A DNA stretch of 64,000 nt, from NCBI GenBank assembly GCA_964016885.1, contig OZ024755.1:43834001-43898000 (forward strand), given 5' to 3'. The position numbers and the translations under genes were made by a program. The stretch comes from Eledone cirrhosa. Its lineage: Eukaryota. The notes under the pieces are model-generated. The model saw only the letters and a program-made list of their open reading frames with translations, was not told the DNA's origin and did not search any database. Shown piece by piece: positions 47,301 through 62,975 of this stretch (the first letter of the stretch is position 1; each line of letters begins with the position of its first letter).

Positions 47301-49314
47301 TGTACCACAGTTGACAGTACCAACGTATATTGTGCACCACAGTTGCCAATGCCAACATATACTGTGTACCACAGTTGAGAGTACCAACATATACTGTGTA
47401 CCACAGTTGAAAGTACCAACGTATACTGTGTACCACAGTTGACAGCACCAACATATACTGTGTATCACAGTTGACAATACCAACATATACTGTATACCAC
47501 ATTTGACAGTACCAACATATACTGTGTACCACAGTTGACAGTACCAACATATACTGTGTACCACAGTTGACAGTACCAACATATACTGTATACCACAGTT
47601 GACAGTACCAACATATACTGTGTACCACTGTTGACAGTACCAACATATACTGTGTACCCTAGTTGACATTACCAACGTATATTGTGTACCATAGTTGACA
47701 GTAGCAACATGTACTGTGTACCACAGTTGACAGTAACAACGTATACTGTGTACCACAGTTGACAGTACCAACGTATACTGTGTACCACAGTTGACAGTAC
47801 CAACGTATACTGTGCACCACAGTTGACAGTACCAACATATACTGTGTACCACAGTTGACAATACCAACATATACTGTGTACCACAGTTGACAATACCAAC
47901 ACATATAGTGTACCACAGTTGACAGTACCAACGTATACTGTGTACCACAGTTGCCAATGCCATCATATACTGTGTACCACAGTTGAGAGTAACAACATAT
48001 ACTGTGTACCACAGTTGACAGTACCAACATATACTGTGTACCACAGTTGACAGTACCAACATATACTGTGTACCACAGTTGACAGTACCAATGTATACTG
48101 TGTACCACAGTTGACAGTACCAACATATAGTGTGTACCACAGTTGACAGTACCAACATATACTGTGTACCCTAGTTGACATTACCAACGTATATTGTGTA
48201 CCACAGTTGACAGTACCAACATGTACAGTGTACCACAGTTGACAGTACCAACGTATACTGTGTACCACAGTTGACAGTATCAACGTATACTGTGTACCAC
48301 AGTTGACAGTACCAACATATAACGTGTACCACAGTTGGCAGTACCATCATATACTCTGTACCACAGTTGACAGTACCAACATATATCGTGTACCACAGTT
48401 GACAGTACCAACATATACTGTGTACCATAGTTGACATTACCAACGTATATTGTGTACCACAGTTGACAGTACCAACATACACCGTGTACAACAGTTGACA
48501 GTACCAACATATACTGTGTACCACAGTTGCGAGTACCAACATAAACTGTGTACCACAGTTGACAGTACCAACATATACTGTGTACCACAGTTGACAGTAC
48601 CAACATATACTGTATACCACAGTTGACAGTACCAACATATACTGTGTACCACAGTTGACAGTACCAACATATACTGTGTACCTCAGTTAACAGTACCCAC
48701 ATATACTGTGTACCACAGTTGACAGTATAAACATATACTGTGTACCACAGTTGACAGTACCATCATATACTTTGTACCACAGTTAACAGTACCAACATAT
48801 ACTGTGTACCACAGTTGACAGTACCAACGTATACTGTCTACCACAGTTGACAGTACCAACGTATACTGTTTACCACAGTTGACAATACCAACATATACTG
48901 TGTACCAGAGTTGACAGTACCCACATATACTGTGTACCACAGTTGACAGTTCCAACATATAAGGTGTACCACTGTTGATACTACCGACATATACTGTGTA
49001 GCACAGTTGACAGTACTAACATATACTGTGTACCACGGTTGAGAGTACCACCATATACTGGGTACCACTGTTGACAGTACCAACATATACTGTGTACCAC
49101 AGTTGACAGTACCAACATATACTGTGTACCATAGTTGACAGTACCAACATATCCTGTGTACCTCAGTTGTCAGTACCAACATATACTGTATACCACAGTT
49201 GACAGTACCAACATATACTGTGTACCACTGTTGACAGTACCAACATATACCGTGTACCACAGTTGACAGTACCAACATATACTGTGTACCACAGCTGACA
49301 CTACCAACATATAC
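26347..49314. repeat. Apparently identical tandem duplication, period 11,412 bp (357 monomers, 12 of them 31 bp); copy 1 ~26347-37758, copy 2 ~37759-49170
   Basis: ORFs from 26511 to 37546 have twins exactly 11,412 bp downstream with the same translation (e.g. 27521/38933, 29833/41245, 34233/45645, 37271/48683). Private marker ATACCTGTACCTCAATTG occurs at ~26487 and ~37899. I counted 12 one-base-deletion monomers: 357x32-12 = 11,412. Confidence 0.95.
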
Positions 49315-52300
49315 TTGTACCTCAATTGACAGTACTACCATATATTGTGTACCACCGTTGACAATACCAACGTATACTGTGTACCACAGTTGACAGTACC
49401 AACGTATACTGTGCACCACAGTTGACAGTACCAACATATACTGTGTACCACAGTTGACAATACCAACATATACTGTGTACCACAGTTGACAATACCAACA
49501 CATATAGTGTACCACAGTTGACAGTACCAACGTATACTGTGTACCACAGTTGCGAATGCCAACATATACTGTGTACCACAGTTGAGAGTACCAACATGTA
49601 CCGTGTACCACAGTTGACACTACCAACGTATACTGTGTACCACAGTTGACAATACCAACATATACTGTGTACAACAGTTGACAGTACCAACATATACTGT
49701 GTACCACAGTTGAAAGTACCAACGTATACTGTGTACCACAGTTGACAACACCAACATATACTGTGTACCACAGTTGACAGTACCAACATATACTGTATAC
49801 CACAGTTGACAGTACCAACATATACTGTGTACCACAGTTGACAGTACCAACATATACTGTGTACCACAGTTGACAGTACCAACATATACTGTATACCACA
49901 GTTGACAGTACCAACATATACTGTGTACCACTGTTGACAGTACCAAAATATACCGTGTACCACAGTTGACAGTACCAACATATACTGTGTACCACAGCTG
50001 ACACTACCAACATATACTTGTACCTCAGTTGACAGTATTACCATATATTGTGTACCACCGTTGACAATACCAACGTATACTGTGTACCACAGTTGACAGT
50101 ACCAACGTATACTGTGCACCACAGTTGACAGTACCAAAATATACTGTGTACCACAGTTGACAATACCAACATATACTGTGTACCACAGTTGACAATACCA
50201 ACACATATAGTGTACCACAGTTGACAGTACCAACGTATACTGTGTACCACAGTTGCCAATGCCAACATATACTGTGTACCACAGTTGAGAGTACCAACAT
50301 ATAATGTGTACCACAGTTGACAGTACCAACATATACTGTGTACCACAGTTGACAGTACCAACATATACTGTGTACCACAGTTGACAGTACCAATGTATAC
50401 TGTGTACCACAGTTGACAGTACCAACATATACTGTGTACCACAGTTGACAGTACCAACATATACTGTGTACCATAGTTGACATTACCAACGTATATTGTG
50501 TTCCACAGTTGACAGTACCAACATGTACTGTGTACCACAGTTGACAGTACCAACGTATACTGTGTACCACAGTTGACAGTACCAACGTATACTGTGTACC
50601 ACAGTTGACAGTACCAACATATAATGTGTACCACAGTTGACAGTACCATCATATACTGTGTACCACAGTTGACAGTACCAACATATATTGTGTACCACAG
50701 TTGACAGTACCAACATATACTGTGTACCATAGTTGACATTACCAACGTATATTGTGTACCACAGTTGACAGTACCAACATATCCTGTGTACCTCAGTTGA
50801 CAGTACCATCATATACTGTATACCACAGTTGACAGTACCAACATATACTGTGTACCACTGTTGACAGTACCAATATATACCGTGTACCACAGTTGACAGT
50901 ACCAACATATACTGTGTACCACAGCTGACACTACCAACATATACTTGTACCTCAGTTGACAGTACTACCATATATTGTGTACCACCGTTGACAATACCAA
51001 CGTATACTGTGTACCACAGTTGACAGTACCAACGTATACTGTGCACCACAGTTGACAGTACCAACATATACTGTGTACCACAGTTGACAATACCAACATA
51101 TACTGTGTACCACAGTTGACAATACCAACACATATAGTGTACCACAGTTGACAGTACCAACGTATATTGTGTACCACAGTTGCCAATGCCAACATATACT
51201 GTGTACCACAGTTGAGAGTACCAACATGTAACGTGTACCACAGTTGACAGTACCAACGTATACTGTGTACCACAGTTGACAATACCAACATATACTGTGT
51301 ACCACAGTTGACAGTACCAACATATATTGTGTACCACAGTTGACAGTACCAATGTATACTGTGTACCACAGTTGACAGTACCAACATATAGTGTGTACCA
51401 CAGTTGACAGTACCAACATATACTGTGTACCCTAGTTGACATTACCAACGTATATTGTGTACCACAGTTGACAGTACCAACATGTACAGTGTACCACAGT
51501 TGACAGTACCAACGTATACTGTGTACCACAGTTGACAGTATCAACGTATACTGTGTACCACAGTTGACAGTACCAACATATAACGTGTACCACAGTTGGC
51601 AGTACCATCATATACTCTGTACCACAGTTGACAGTACCAACATATATCGTGTACCACAGTTGACAGTACCAACATATACTGTGTACCATAGTTGACATTA
51701 CCAACGTATATTGTGTACCACAGTTGACAGTACCAACATACACCGTGTACAACAGTTGACAGTACCAACATATACTGTGTACCACAGTTGCGAGTACCAA
51801 CATAAACTGTGTACCACAGTTGACAGTACCAACATATACTGTGTACCACAGTTGACAGTACCAACATATACTGTATACCACAGTTGACAGTACCAACATA
51901 TACTGTGTACCACAGTTGACAGTACCAACATATACTGTGTACCTCAGTTAACAGTACCCACATATACTGTGTACCACAGTTGACAGTATAAACATATACT
52001 GTGTACCACAGTTGACAGTACCATCATATACTTTGTACCACAGTTAACAGTACCAACATATACTGTGTACCACAGTTGACAGTACCAACGTATACTGTCT
52101 ACCACAGTTGACAGTACCAACGTATACTGTTTACCACAGTTGACAATACCAACATATACTGTGTACCAGAGTTGACAGTACCCACATATACTGTGTACCA
52201 CAGTTGACAGTTCCAACATATAAGGTGTACCACTGTTGATACTACCGACATATACTGTGTAGCACAGTTGACAGTACTAACATATACTGTGTACCACGGT

Positions 52301-54540
52301 TGAGAGTACCACCATATACTGGGTACCACTGTTGACAGTACCAACATATACTGTGTACCACAGTTGACAGTACCAACATATACTGTGTACCATAGTTGAC
52401 AGTACCAACATATCCTGTGTACCTCAGTTGTCAGTACCAACATATACTGTATACCACAGTTGACAGTACCAACATATACTGTGTACCACTGTTGACAGTA
52501 CCAACATATACCGTGTACCACAGTTGACAGTACCAACATATACTGTGTACCACAGCTGACACTACCAACATATACTTGTACCTCAATTGACAGTACTACC
52601 ATATATTGTGTACCACCGTTGACAATACCAACGTATACTGTGTACCACAGTTGAAAGTACCAACGTATACTGTGCACCACAGTTGACAGTACCAACATAT
52701 ACTGTGTACCACAGTTGACAATACCAACATATACTGTGTACCACAGTTGACAATACCAACACATATAGTGTACCACAGTTGACAGTACCAACGTATACTG
52801 TGTACCACAGTTGCGAATGCCAACATATACTGTGTACCACAGTTGAGAGTACCAACATGTACCGTGTACCACAGTTGACACTACCAACGTATACTGTGTA
52901 CCACAGTTGACAATACCAACATATACTGTGTACAACAGTTGACAGTACCAACATATACTGTGTACCACAGTTGAAAGTACCAACGTATACTGTGTACCAC
53001 AGTTGACAACACCAACATATACTGTGTACCACAGTTGACAGTACCAACATATACTGTATACCACAGTTGACAGTACCAACATATACTGTGTACCACAGTT
53101 GACAGTACCAACATATACTGTGTACCACAGTTGACAGTACCAACATATACTGTATACCACAGTTGACAGTACCAACATATACTGTGTACCACTGTTGACA
53201 GTACCAAAATATACCGTGTACCACAGTTGACACTACCAACATATACTGTGTACCACAGCTGACACTACCAACTTATACTTGTACCTCAGTTGACAATATT
53301 ACCATATATTGTGTACCACCGTTGACAATACCAACGTATACTGTGTACCACAGTTGACATTACCAACGTATACTGTGCACCACAGTTGACAGTACCAAAA
53401 TATACTGTGTACCACAGTTGACAATACCAACATATACTGTGTACCACAGTTGACAATACCAACACATATAGTGTACCACAGTTGACAGTACCAACGTATA
53501 CTGTGTACCACAGTTGCCAATGCCAACATATACTGTGTACCACAGTTGAGAGTACCAACATATAATGTGTACCACAGTTGACAGTACCAACATATACTGT
53601 GTACCACAGTTGACAGTACCAACATATACTGTGTACCACAGTTGACAGTACCAATGTATACTGTGTACCACAGTTGACAGTACCAACATATACTGTGTAC
53701 CACAGTTGACAGTACCAACATATACTGTGTACCATAGTTGACATTACCAACGTATATTGTGTTCCACAGTTGACAGTACCAACATGTACTGTGTACCACA
53801 GTTGACAGTACCAACGTATACTGTGTACCACAGTTGACAGTACCAACGTATACTGTGTACCACAGTTGACAGTACCAACATATAATGTGTACCACAGTTG
53901 ACAGTACCATCATATACTGTGTACCACAGTTGACAGTACCAACATATATTGTGTACCACAGTTGACAGTACCAACATATACTGTGTACCATAGTTGACAT
54001 TACCAACGTATATTGTGTACCACAGTTGACAGTACCAACATATCCTGTGTACCTCAGTTGACAGTACCATCATATACTGTATACCACAGTTGACAGTACC
54101 AACATATACTGTGTACCACTGTTGACAGTACCAATATATACCGTGTACCACAGTTGACAGTACCAACATATACTGTGTACCACAGCTGACACTACCAACA
54201 TATACTTGTACCTCAGTTGACAGTACTACCATATATTGTGTACCACCGTTGACAATACCAACGTATACTGTGTACCACAGTTGACAGTACCAACGTATAC
54301 TGTGCACCACAGTTGACAGTACCAACATATACTGTGTACCACAGTTGACAATACCAACATATACTGTGTACCACAGTTGACAATACCAACACATATAGTG
54401 TACCACAGTTGACAGTACCAACGTATATTGTGTACCACAGTTGCCAATGCCAACATATACTGTGTACCACAGTTGAGAGTACCAACATGTAACGTGTACC
54501 ACAGTTGACAGTACCAACGTATACTGTGTACCACAGTTGA
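48067..54540. repeat. Tandem duplication, period 3,261 bp (102 monomers minus 3 bp), with a few differences between copies
   Basis: ORF pairs 48171/51432, 48683/51944, 49322/52583, 50025/53286, 50952/54213 are all offset by 3,261. Point differences exist, e.g. TTGACAG ~49390 vs TTGAAAG ~52651. Confidence 0.92.
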
Positions 54541-57500
54541 CGATACCAACATATACTGTGTACCACAGTTGACAGTACCAACATATACTGTGTACCACAG
54601 TTGAAAGTACCAACGTATACTGTGTACCACAGTTGACAACACCAACATATACTGTGTATCACAGTTGACAGTACCAACATATACTGTATACCACAGTTGA
54701 CAGTACCAACATATACTGTGTACCACAGTTGACAGTACCAACATATACTGTGTACCACAGTTGACAGTACCAACATATACTGTATACCACAGTTGACAGT
54801 ACCAACATATACTGTGTACCACTGTTGACAGTACCAACATATACTGTGTACCCTAGTTGACATTACCAACGTATATTGTGTACCACAGTTGACAGTACCA
54901 ACATGTACTGTGTACCACAGTTGACAGTACCAACGTATACTGTGTACCACAGTTGACAGTACCAACGTATACTGTGTACCACAGTTGACAGTACCAACGT
55001 ATACTGTGCACCACAGTTGACAGTACCAACATATACTGTGTACCACAGTTGACAATACCAACACATACTGTGTACCACAGTTGACAATACCAACACATAT
55101 AGTGTACCACAGTTGACAGTACCAACGTATACTGTGTACCACAGTTGCCAATGCCATCATATACTGTGTACCAGAGTTGAGAGTAACAACATATACTGTG
55201 TACCACAGTTGACAGTACCAACATATACTGTGTACCACAGTTGACAGTACCAACATATACTGTGTACCACAGTTGACAGTACCAATGTATACTGTGTACC
55301 ACAGTTGACAGTACCAACATATACTGTGTACCACAGTTGACAGTACCAACATATACTGTGTACCCTAGTTGACATTACCAACGTATATTGTGTACCACAG
55401 TTGACAGTACCAACATGTACTGTGTACCACAGTTGACAGTACCAACGTATACTGTGTACCACAGTTGACAGTACCAACGTATACTGTGTACCACAGTTGA
55501 CAGTACCAACATATAACGTGTACCACAGTTGGCAGTACCATCATATACTCTGTACCACAGTTGAGAGTACCAACATATATCGTGTACCACAGTTAACAGT
55601 ACCAACATATACTGTGTACCATAGTTGACATTACCAACGTATATTGTGTACCACAGTTGACAGTACCAACATACACCGTGTACAACAGTTGACAGTACCA
55701 ACATATACTGTGTACCACAGTTGCGAGTACCAACATAAACTGTGTACCACAGTTGACAGTACCAACATATACTGTGTACCACAGTTGACAGTACCAACAT
55801 ATACTGTGTACCACTGTTGACAGTACCAACATATACCGTGTACCACAGTTGACAGTACCAACATATACTGTGTACCTCAGTTAACAGTACCCACATATAC
55901 TGTGTACCACAGTTGACAGTATAAACATATACTGTGTACCACAGTTGACAGTACCATCATATACTTTGTACCACAGTTAACAGTACCAACATATACTGTG
56001 TACCACAGTTGACAGTACCAACGTATACTGTCTACCACAGTTGACAGTACCAACATATACTGTGTACCACAGTTGACAGTACCAACATATACATTGTACC
56101 TCAGTTGACAGTACCAACATATACTGTGTACCACAGTTGACAGTTCCAACATATACTGTGTACAACAGCTGACACTACCAACATATACTTGTACCTCAGT
56201 TGACAGTACTAACATATACTATGTACCACAGTTGACAGTACCAACATATACTGTGTACCACAGTTGACAGTACCAACATATACTGTGTACCACAGTTGAC
56301 AGTACCAACATATACTCGGTGCCACTTTTCACAGTACCAACATATACTGTGTACCACAGTTGACAATACCAACGTATACTGTGTACCACATTTGACAGTA
56401 CCAACGTATACTGTGTACCACAGTTGACAGTACCAACATATACTGTGTACCACAGTTGACAGTACCAACATATACTGTGTACCACAGTTGACAGTACTAA
56501 CATATACTGTGTACTACAGTTGACAGTACCAACATATACTGTGTACCACAGTTGACAGTACCAACATGTACTGTGTACCACAGTTGACAGTACCAACATA
56601 TACTGTGTACCACAGTTGGCAGTACCAACATATACAGTGTACCACAGTTGACAGTACCAACATATACTGTGTACCACATTTGACAGTACCAACATATACT
56701 GTGTACCACAGTTGACAGTACCAACATGTACCGTGAACCACAGTTGACAGTACCAACATATACTGTGTACCACAGTTGAGAGTACCAACGTATAGTGTGT
56801 ACCACAGTTGACAGTACCAACATATACTGTGTACCACAGTTGACAGTACCAACATATACTGTGTACCACAGTTCACAGTACCAAAGTATACTGTGTACCA
56901 CATTTGACAGTACCAACATATACTGTGTACCACAGTTGACAGTACCAACATATACTGTGTACCACTGTTGACTATACCAACATATACCGTGTACCACATT
57001 TGACTGTACCAACATATACTGTGTACCACTGTTGAGAGTACCAACATATACTGTGTACCACAGTTGACAGTACCAACATGTACCGTGTACCACAGTTGAC
57101 AGTACCAACGTATACTGTGTATCACAGTTGACAATACAAACATATACTGTGTACCACAGTTGACAGTACCAACATATACTGTGTACCACAGTTGACAGTA
57201 CCAACGTATACTGTGTACCACAGTTGACAGTACCAACGTATACTGGGTACCACATTTGACAGTACCAACATATACTGTGTACCACAGTTGACAGTACCAA
57301 CGTATAGTGTGTACCACAATTGACGATACCAACATATACTGTGTACCACAGTTGACAGTACCAACATATACTGTATACCACAGTTGACAGTACCGACATA
57401 TACTGTGTACCACAGTTGACAATACCAACATATACTTTGTACCACGGTTGACAGTACCAACGTATACTGTGTACCACTGTTGACAATATCAACATATACT

Positions 57501-60500
57501 GTGTACCACAGTTGTCATTACCAACATATACAGTGTACCACAGTTGACAGAACCAACATATACTGTGTACCACAGTTGACAGTACCAACATATACTGTGT
57601 ACCACAGTTGACAGTACCAACATGTACCGTGAACCACAGTTGACAGTACCAACGTATACTGTGTACCACAGTTGAATGTACCAGAGTATAGTGTGTACCA
57701 CACTTGACAGTCCCAACATATTCTGTATACCACAGTTGACAGTACCAACATATACTGTGTACCACTGTTGACAGTACCAACATATACAGTGTACCACTGT
57801 TGACAGTACCAAAATATACCGTGTACCACAGTTGACAGTACCAACATATACTGTGTACCACTGTTGACAGTACCAAAATATACCGTGTACCACAGTTGAC
57901 AGTACCAACATATACTGTGTACCACAGCTGACACTACCAACTTATACTTGTACCTCAGTTGACAGTATTACCATATATTGTGTACCACCGTTGACAATAC
58001 CAACGTATACTGTGTACCACAGTTGACAGTACCAACGTATACTGTGCACCACAGTTGACAGTACCAAAATATACTGTGTACCACAGTTGACAATACCAAC
58101 ATATACTGTGTACCACAGTTGACAATACCAACACATATAGTGTACCACAGTTGACAGTACCAACGTATACTGTGTACCACAGTTGCCAATGCCAACATAT
58201 ACTGTGTACCACAGTTGAGAGTACCAACATATAATGTGTACCACAGTTGACAGTACCAACATATACTGTGTACCACAGTTGACAGTACCAACATATACTG
58301 TGTACCACAGTTGACAGTACCAATGTATACTGTGTACCACAGTTGACAGTACCAACATATACTGTGTACCACAGTTGACAGTACCAACATATACTGTGTA
58401 CCATAGTTGACATTACCAACGTATATTGTGTTCCACAGTTGACAGTACCAACATGTACTGTGTACCACAGTTGACAGTACCAACGTATACTGTGTACCAC
58501 AGTTGACAGTACCAACGTATACTGTGTACCACAGTTGACAGTACCAACATATAATGTGTACCACAGTTGACAGTACCATCATATACTGTGTACCACAGTT
58601 GACAGTACCAACATATATTGTGTACCACAGTTGACAGTACCAACATATACTGTGTACCATAGTTGACATTACCAACGTATATTGTGTACCACAGTTGACA
58701 GTACCAACATATCCTGTGTACCTCAGTTGACAGTACCATCATATACTGTATACCACAGTTGACAGTACCAACATATACTGTGTACCACTGTTAACAGTAC
58801 CAATATATACCGTGTACCACAGTTGACAGTACCAACATATACTGTGTACCACAGCTGACACTACCAACATATACTTGTACCTCAGTTGACAGTACTACCA
58901 TATATTGTGTACCACCGTTGACAATACCAACGTATACTGTGTACCACAGTTGACAGTACCAACGTATACTGTGCACCACAGTTGACAGTACCAACATATA
59001 CTGTGTACCACAGTTGACAATACCAACATATACTGTGTACCACAGTTGACAATACCAACACATATAGTGTACCACAGTTGACAGTACCAACGTATATTGT
59101 GTACCACAGTTGCCAATGCCAACATATACTGTGTACCACAGTTGAGAGTACCAACATGTAACGTGTACCACAGTTGACAGTACCAACGTATACTGTGTAC
59201 CACAGTTGACGATACCAACATATACTGTGTACCACAGTTGACAGTACCAACATATACTGTCTACCACAGTTGAAAGTACCAACGTATACTGTGTACCACA
59301 GTTGACAACACCAACATATACTGTGTATCACAGTTGACAGTACCAACATATACTGTATACCACAGTTGACAGTACCAACATATACTGTGTACCACAGTTG
59401 ACAGTACCAACATATACTGTGTACCACAGTTGACAGTACCAACATATACTGTATACCACAGTTGACAGTACCAACATATACTGTGTACCACTGTTGACAG
59501 TACCAACATATACTGTGTACCCTAGTTGACATTACCAACGTATATTGTGTACCACAGTTGACAGTACCAACATGTACTGTGTACCACAGTTGACAGTACC
59601 AACGTATACTGTGTACCACAGTTGACAGTACCAACGTATACTGTGTACCACAGTTGACGATACCAACATATACTGTGTACCACAGTTGACAGTACCAACA
59701 TATACTGTGTACCACAGTTGAAAGTACCAACGTATACTGTGTACCACAGTTGACAACACCAACATATACTGTGTATCACAGTTGACAGTACCAACATATA
59801 CTGTATACCACAGTTGACAGTACCAACATATACTGTGTACCACAGTTGACAGTACCAACATATACTGTGTACCACAGTTGACAGTACCAACATATACTGT
59901 ATACCACAGTTGACAGTACCAACATATACTGTGTACCACTGTTGACAGTACCAACATATACTGTGTACCCTAGTTGACATTACCAACGTATATTGTGTAC
60001 CACAGTTGACAGTACCAACATGTACTGTGTACCACAGTTGACAGTACCAACGTATACTGTGTACCACAGTTGACAGTACCAACGTATACTGTGTACCACA
60101 GTTGACAGTACCAACGTATACTGTGCACCACAGTTGACAGTACCAACATATACTGTGTACCACAGTTGACAATACCAACATATACTGTGTACCACAGTTG
60201 ACAATACCAACACATATAGTGTACCACAGTTGACAGTACCAACGTATACTGTGTACCACAGTTGCCAATGCCATCATATACTGTGTACCAGAGTTGAGAG
60301 TAACAACATATACTGTGTACCACAGTTGACAGTACCAACATATACTGTGTACCACAGTTGACAGTACCAACATATACTGTGTACCACAGTTGACAGTACC
60401 AATGTATACTGTGTACCACAGTTGACAGTACCAACATATAGTGTGTACCACAGTTGACAGTACCAACATATACTGTGTACCCTAGTTGACATTACCAACG

Positions 60501-62975
60501 TATATTGTGTACCACAGTTGACAGTACCAACATGTACTGTGTACCACAGTTGACAGTACCAACGTATACTGTGTACCACAGTTGACAGTACCAACGTATA
60601 CTGTGTACCACAGTTGACAGTACCAACATATAACGTGTACCACAGTTGGCAGTACCATCATATACTCTGTACCACAGTTGACAGTACCAACATATATCGT
60701 GTACCACAGTTAACAGTACCAACATATACTGTGTACCATAGTTGACATTACCAACGTATATTGTGTACCACAGTTGACAGTACCAACATACACCGTGTAC
60801 AACAGTTGACAGTACCAACATATACTGTGTAGCACAGTTGCGAGTACCAACATAAACTGTGTACCACAGTTGACAGTACCAACATATACTGTGTACCACA
60901 GTTGACAGTACCAACATATACTGTGTACCACTGTTGACAGTACCAACATATACCGTGTACCACAGTTGACAGTACCAACATATACTGTGTACCTCAGTTA
61001 ACAGTACCCACATATACTGTGTACCACAGTTGACAGTATAAACATATACTGTGTACCACAGTTGACAGTACCATCATATACTTTGTACCACAGTTAACAG
61101 TACCAACATATACTGTGTACCACAGTTGACAGTACCAACGTATACTGTCTACCACAGTTGACAGTACCAACATATACTGTGTACCACAGTTGACAGTACC
61201 AACATATACATTGTACCTCAGTTGACAGTACCAACATATACTGTGTACCACAGTTGACAGTACCAACATATACTGTGTACAACAGCTGACACTACCAACA
61301 TATACTTGTACCTCAGTTGACAGTACTAACATATACTATGTACCACAGTTGACAGTACCAACATATACTGTGTACCACAGTTGACAGTACCAACATATAC
61401 TGTGTACCACAGTTGACAGTACCAACATATACTCGGTGCCACTTTTCACAGTACCAACATATACTGTGTACCACAGTTGACAATACCAACGTATACTGTG
61501 TACCACATTTGACAGTACCAACGTATACTGTGTACCACAGTTGACAGTACCAACATATACTGTGTACCACAGTTGACAGTACCAACATATACTGTGTACC
61601 ACAGTTGACAGTACTAACATATACTGTGTACTACAGTTGACAGTACCAACATATACTGTGTACCACAGTTAACAGTACCAACATGTACTGTGTACCACAG
61701 TTGACAGTACCAACATATACTGTGTACCACAGTTGGCAGTACCAACATATACAGTGTACCACAGTTGACAGTACCAACATATACTGTGTACCACATTTGA
61801 CAGTACCAACATATACTGTGTACCACAGTTGACAGTACCAACATGTACCGTGAACCACAGTTGACAGTACCAACATATACTGTGTACCACAGTTGAGAGT
61901 ACCAACGTATAGTGTGTACCACAGTTGACAGTACCAACATATACTGTGTACCACAGTTGACAGTACCAACATATACTGTGTACCACAGTTCACAGTACCA
62001 AAGTATACTGTGTACCACATTTGACAGTACCAACATATACTGTGTACCACAGTTGACAGTACCAACATATACTGTGTACCACTGTTGACTATACCAACAT
62101 ATACCGTGTACCACATTTGACTGTACCAACATATACTGTGTACCACTGTTGACAGTACCAACATATACTGTGTACCACAGTTGACAGTACCAACATGTAC
62201 CGTGTACCACAGTTGACAGTACCAACGTATACTGTGTATCACAGTTGACAATACAAACATATACTGTGTACCACAGTTGACAGTACCAACATATACTGTG
62301 TACCACAGTTGACAGTACCAACGTATACTGTGTACCACAGTTGACAGTACCAACGTATACTGGGTACCACATTTGACAGTACCAACATATACTGTGTACC
62401 ACAGTTGACAGTACCAACGTATAGTGTGTACCACAATTGACGATACCAACATATACTGTGTACCACAGTTGACAGTACCAACATATACTGTATACCACAG
62501 TTGACACTACCGACATATACTGTGTACCACAGTTGACAATACCAACATATACTTTGTACCACGGTTGACAGTACCAACGTATACTGTGTACCACTGTTGA
62601 CAATATCAACATATACTGTGTACCACAGTTGTCATTACCAACATATACAGTGTACCACAGTTGACAGTACCAACATATACTGTGTACCACAGTTGACAGT
62701 ACCAACATATACTGTGTACCACAGTTGACAGTACCAACATGTACCGTGAACCACAGTTGACAGTACCAACGTATACTGTGTACCACAGTTGAATGTACCA
62801 GAGTATAGTGTGTACCACACTTGACAGTCCCAACATATTCTGTATACCACAGTTGACAGTACCAACATATACTGTGTACCACTGTTGACAGTACCAACAT
62901 ATACAGTGTACCACTGTTGACAGTACCAACATATACCGTGTACCACAGTTGACAGTACCAACATATACTGTGTAC
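53155..62975. repeat. Tandem duplication, period 4,669 bp (146 monomers minus 3 bp), becoming 5,117 bp after an internal 448-bp expansion in copy 2
   Basis: ORF pairs 53286/57955, 54213/58882 (4,669) and 55157/60274, 56497/61614, 57489/62606 (5,117). Shared rare marker ACCAACTTATACTTGTACC at ~53267 and ~57935. Confidence 0.9.
59165..60105. repeat. Tandem duplication, period 448 bp (14 monomers), nested in the 4.7-5.1 kb duplication
   Basis: GACGATACC at 59208 and 59656; CCCTAGTTGACATTACC at ~59520 and ~59968. ORF coordinates 59522/59970 differ by 448. Confidence 0.9.
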
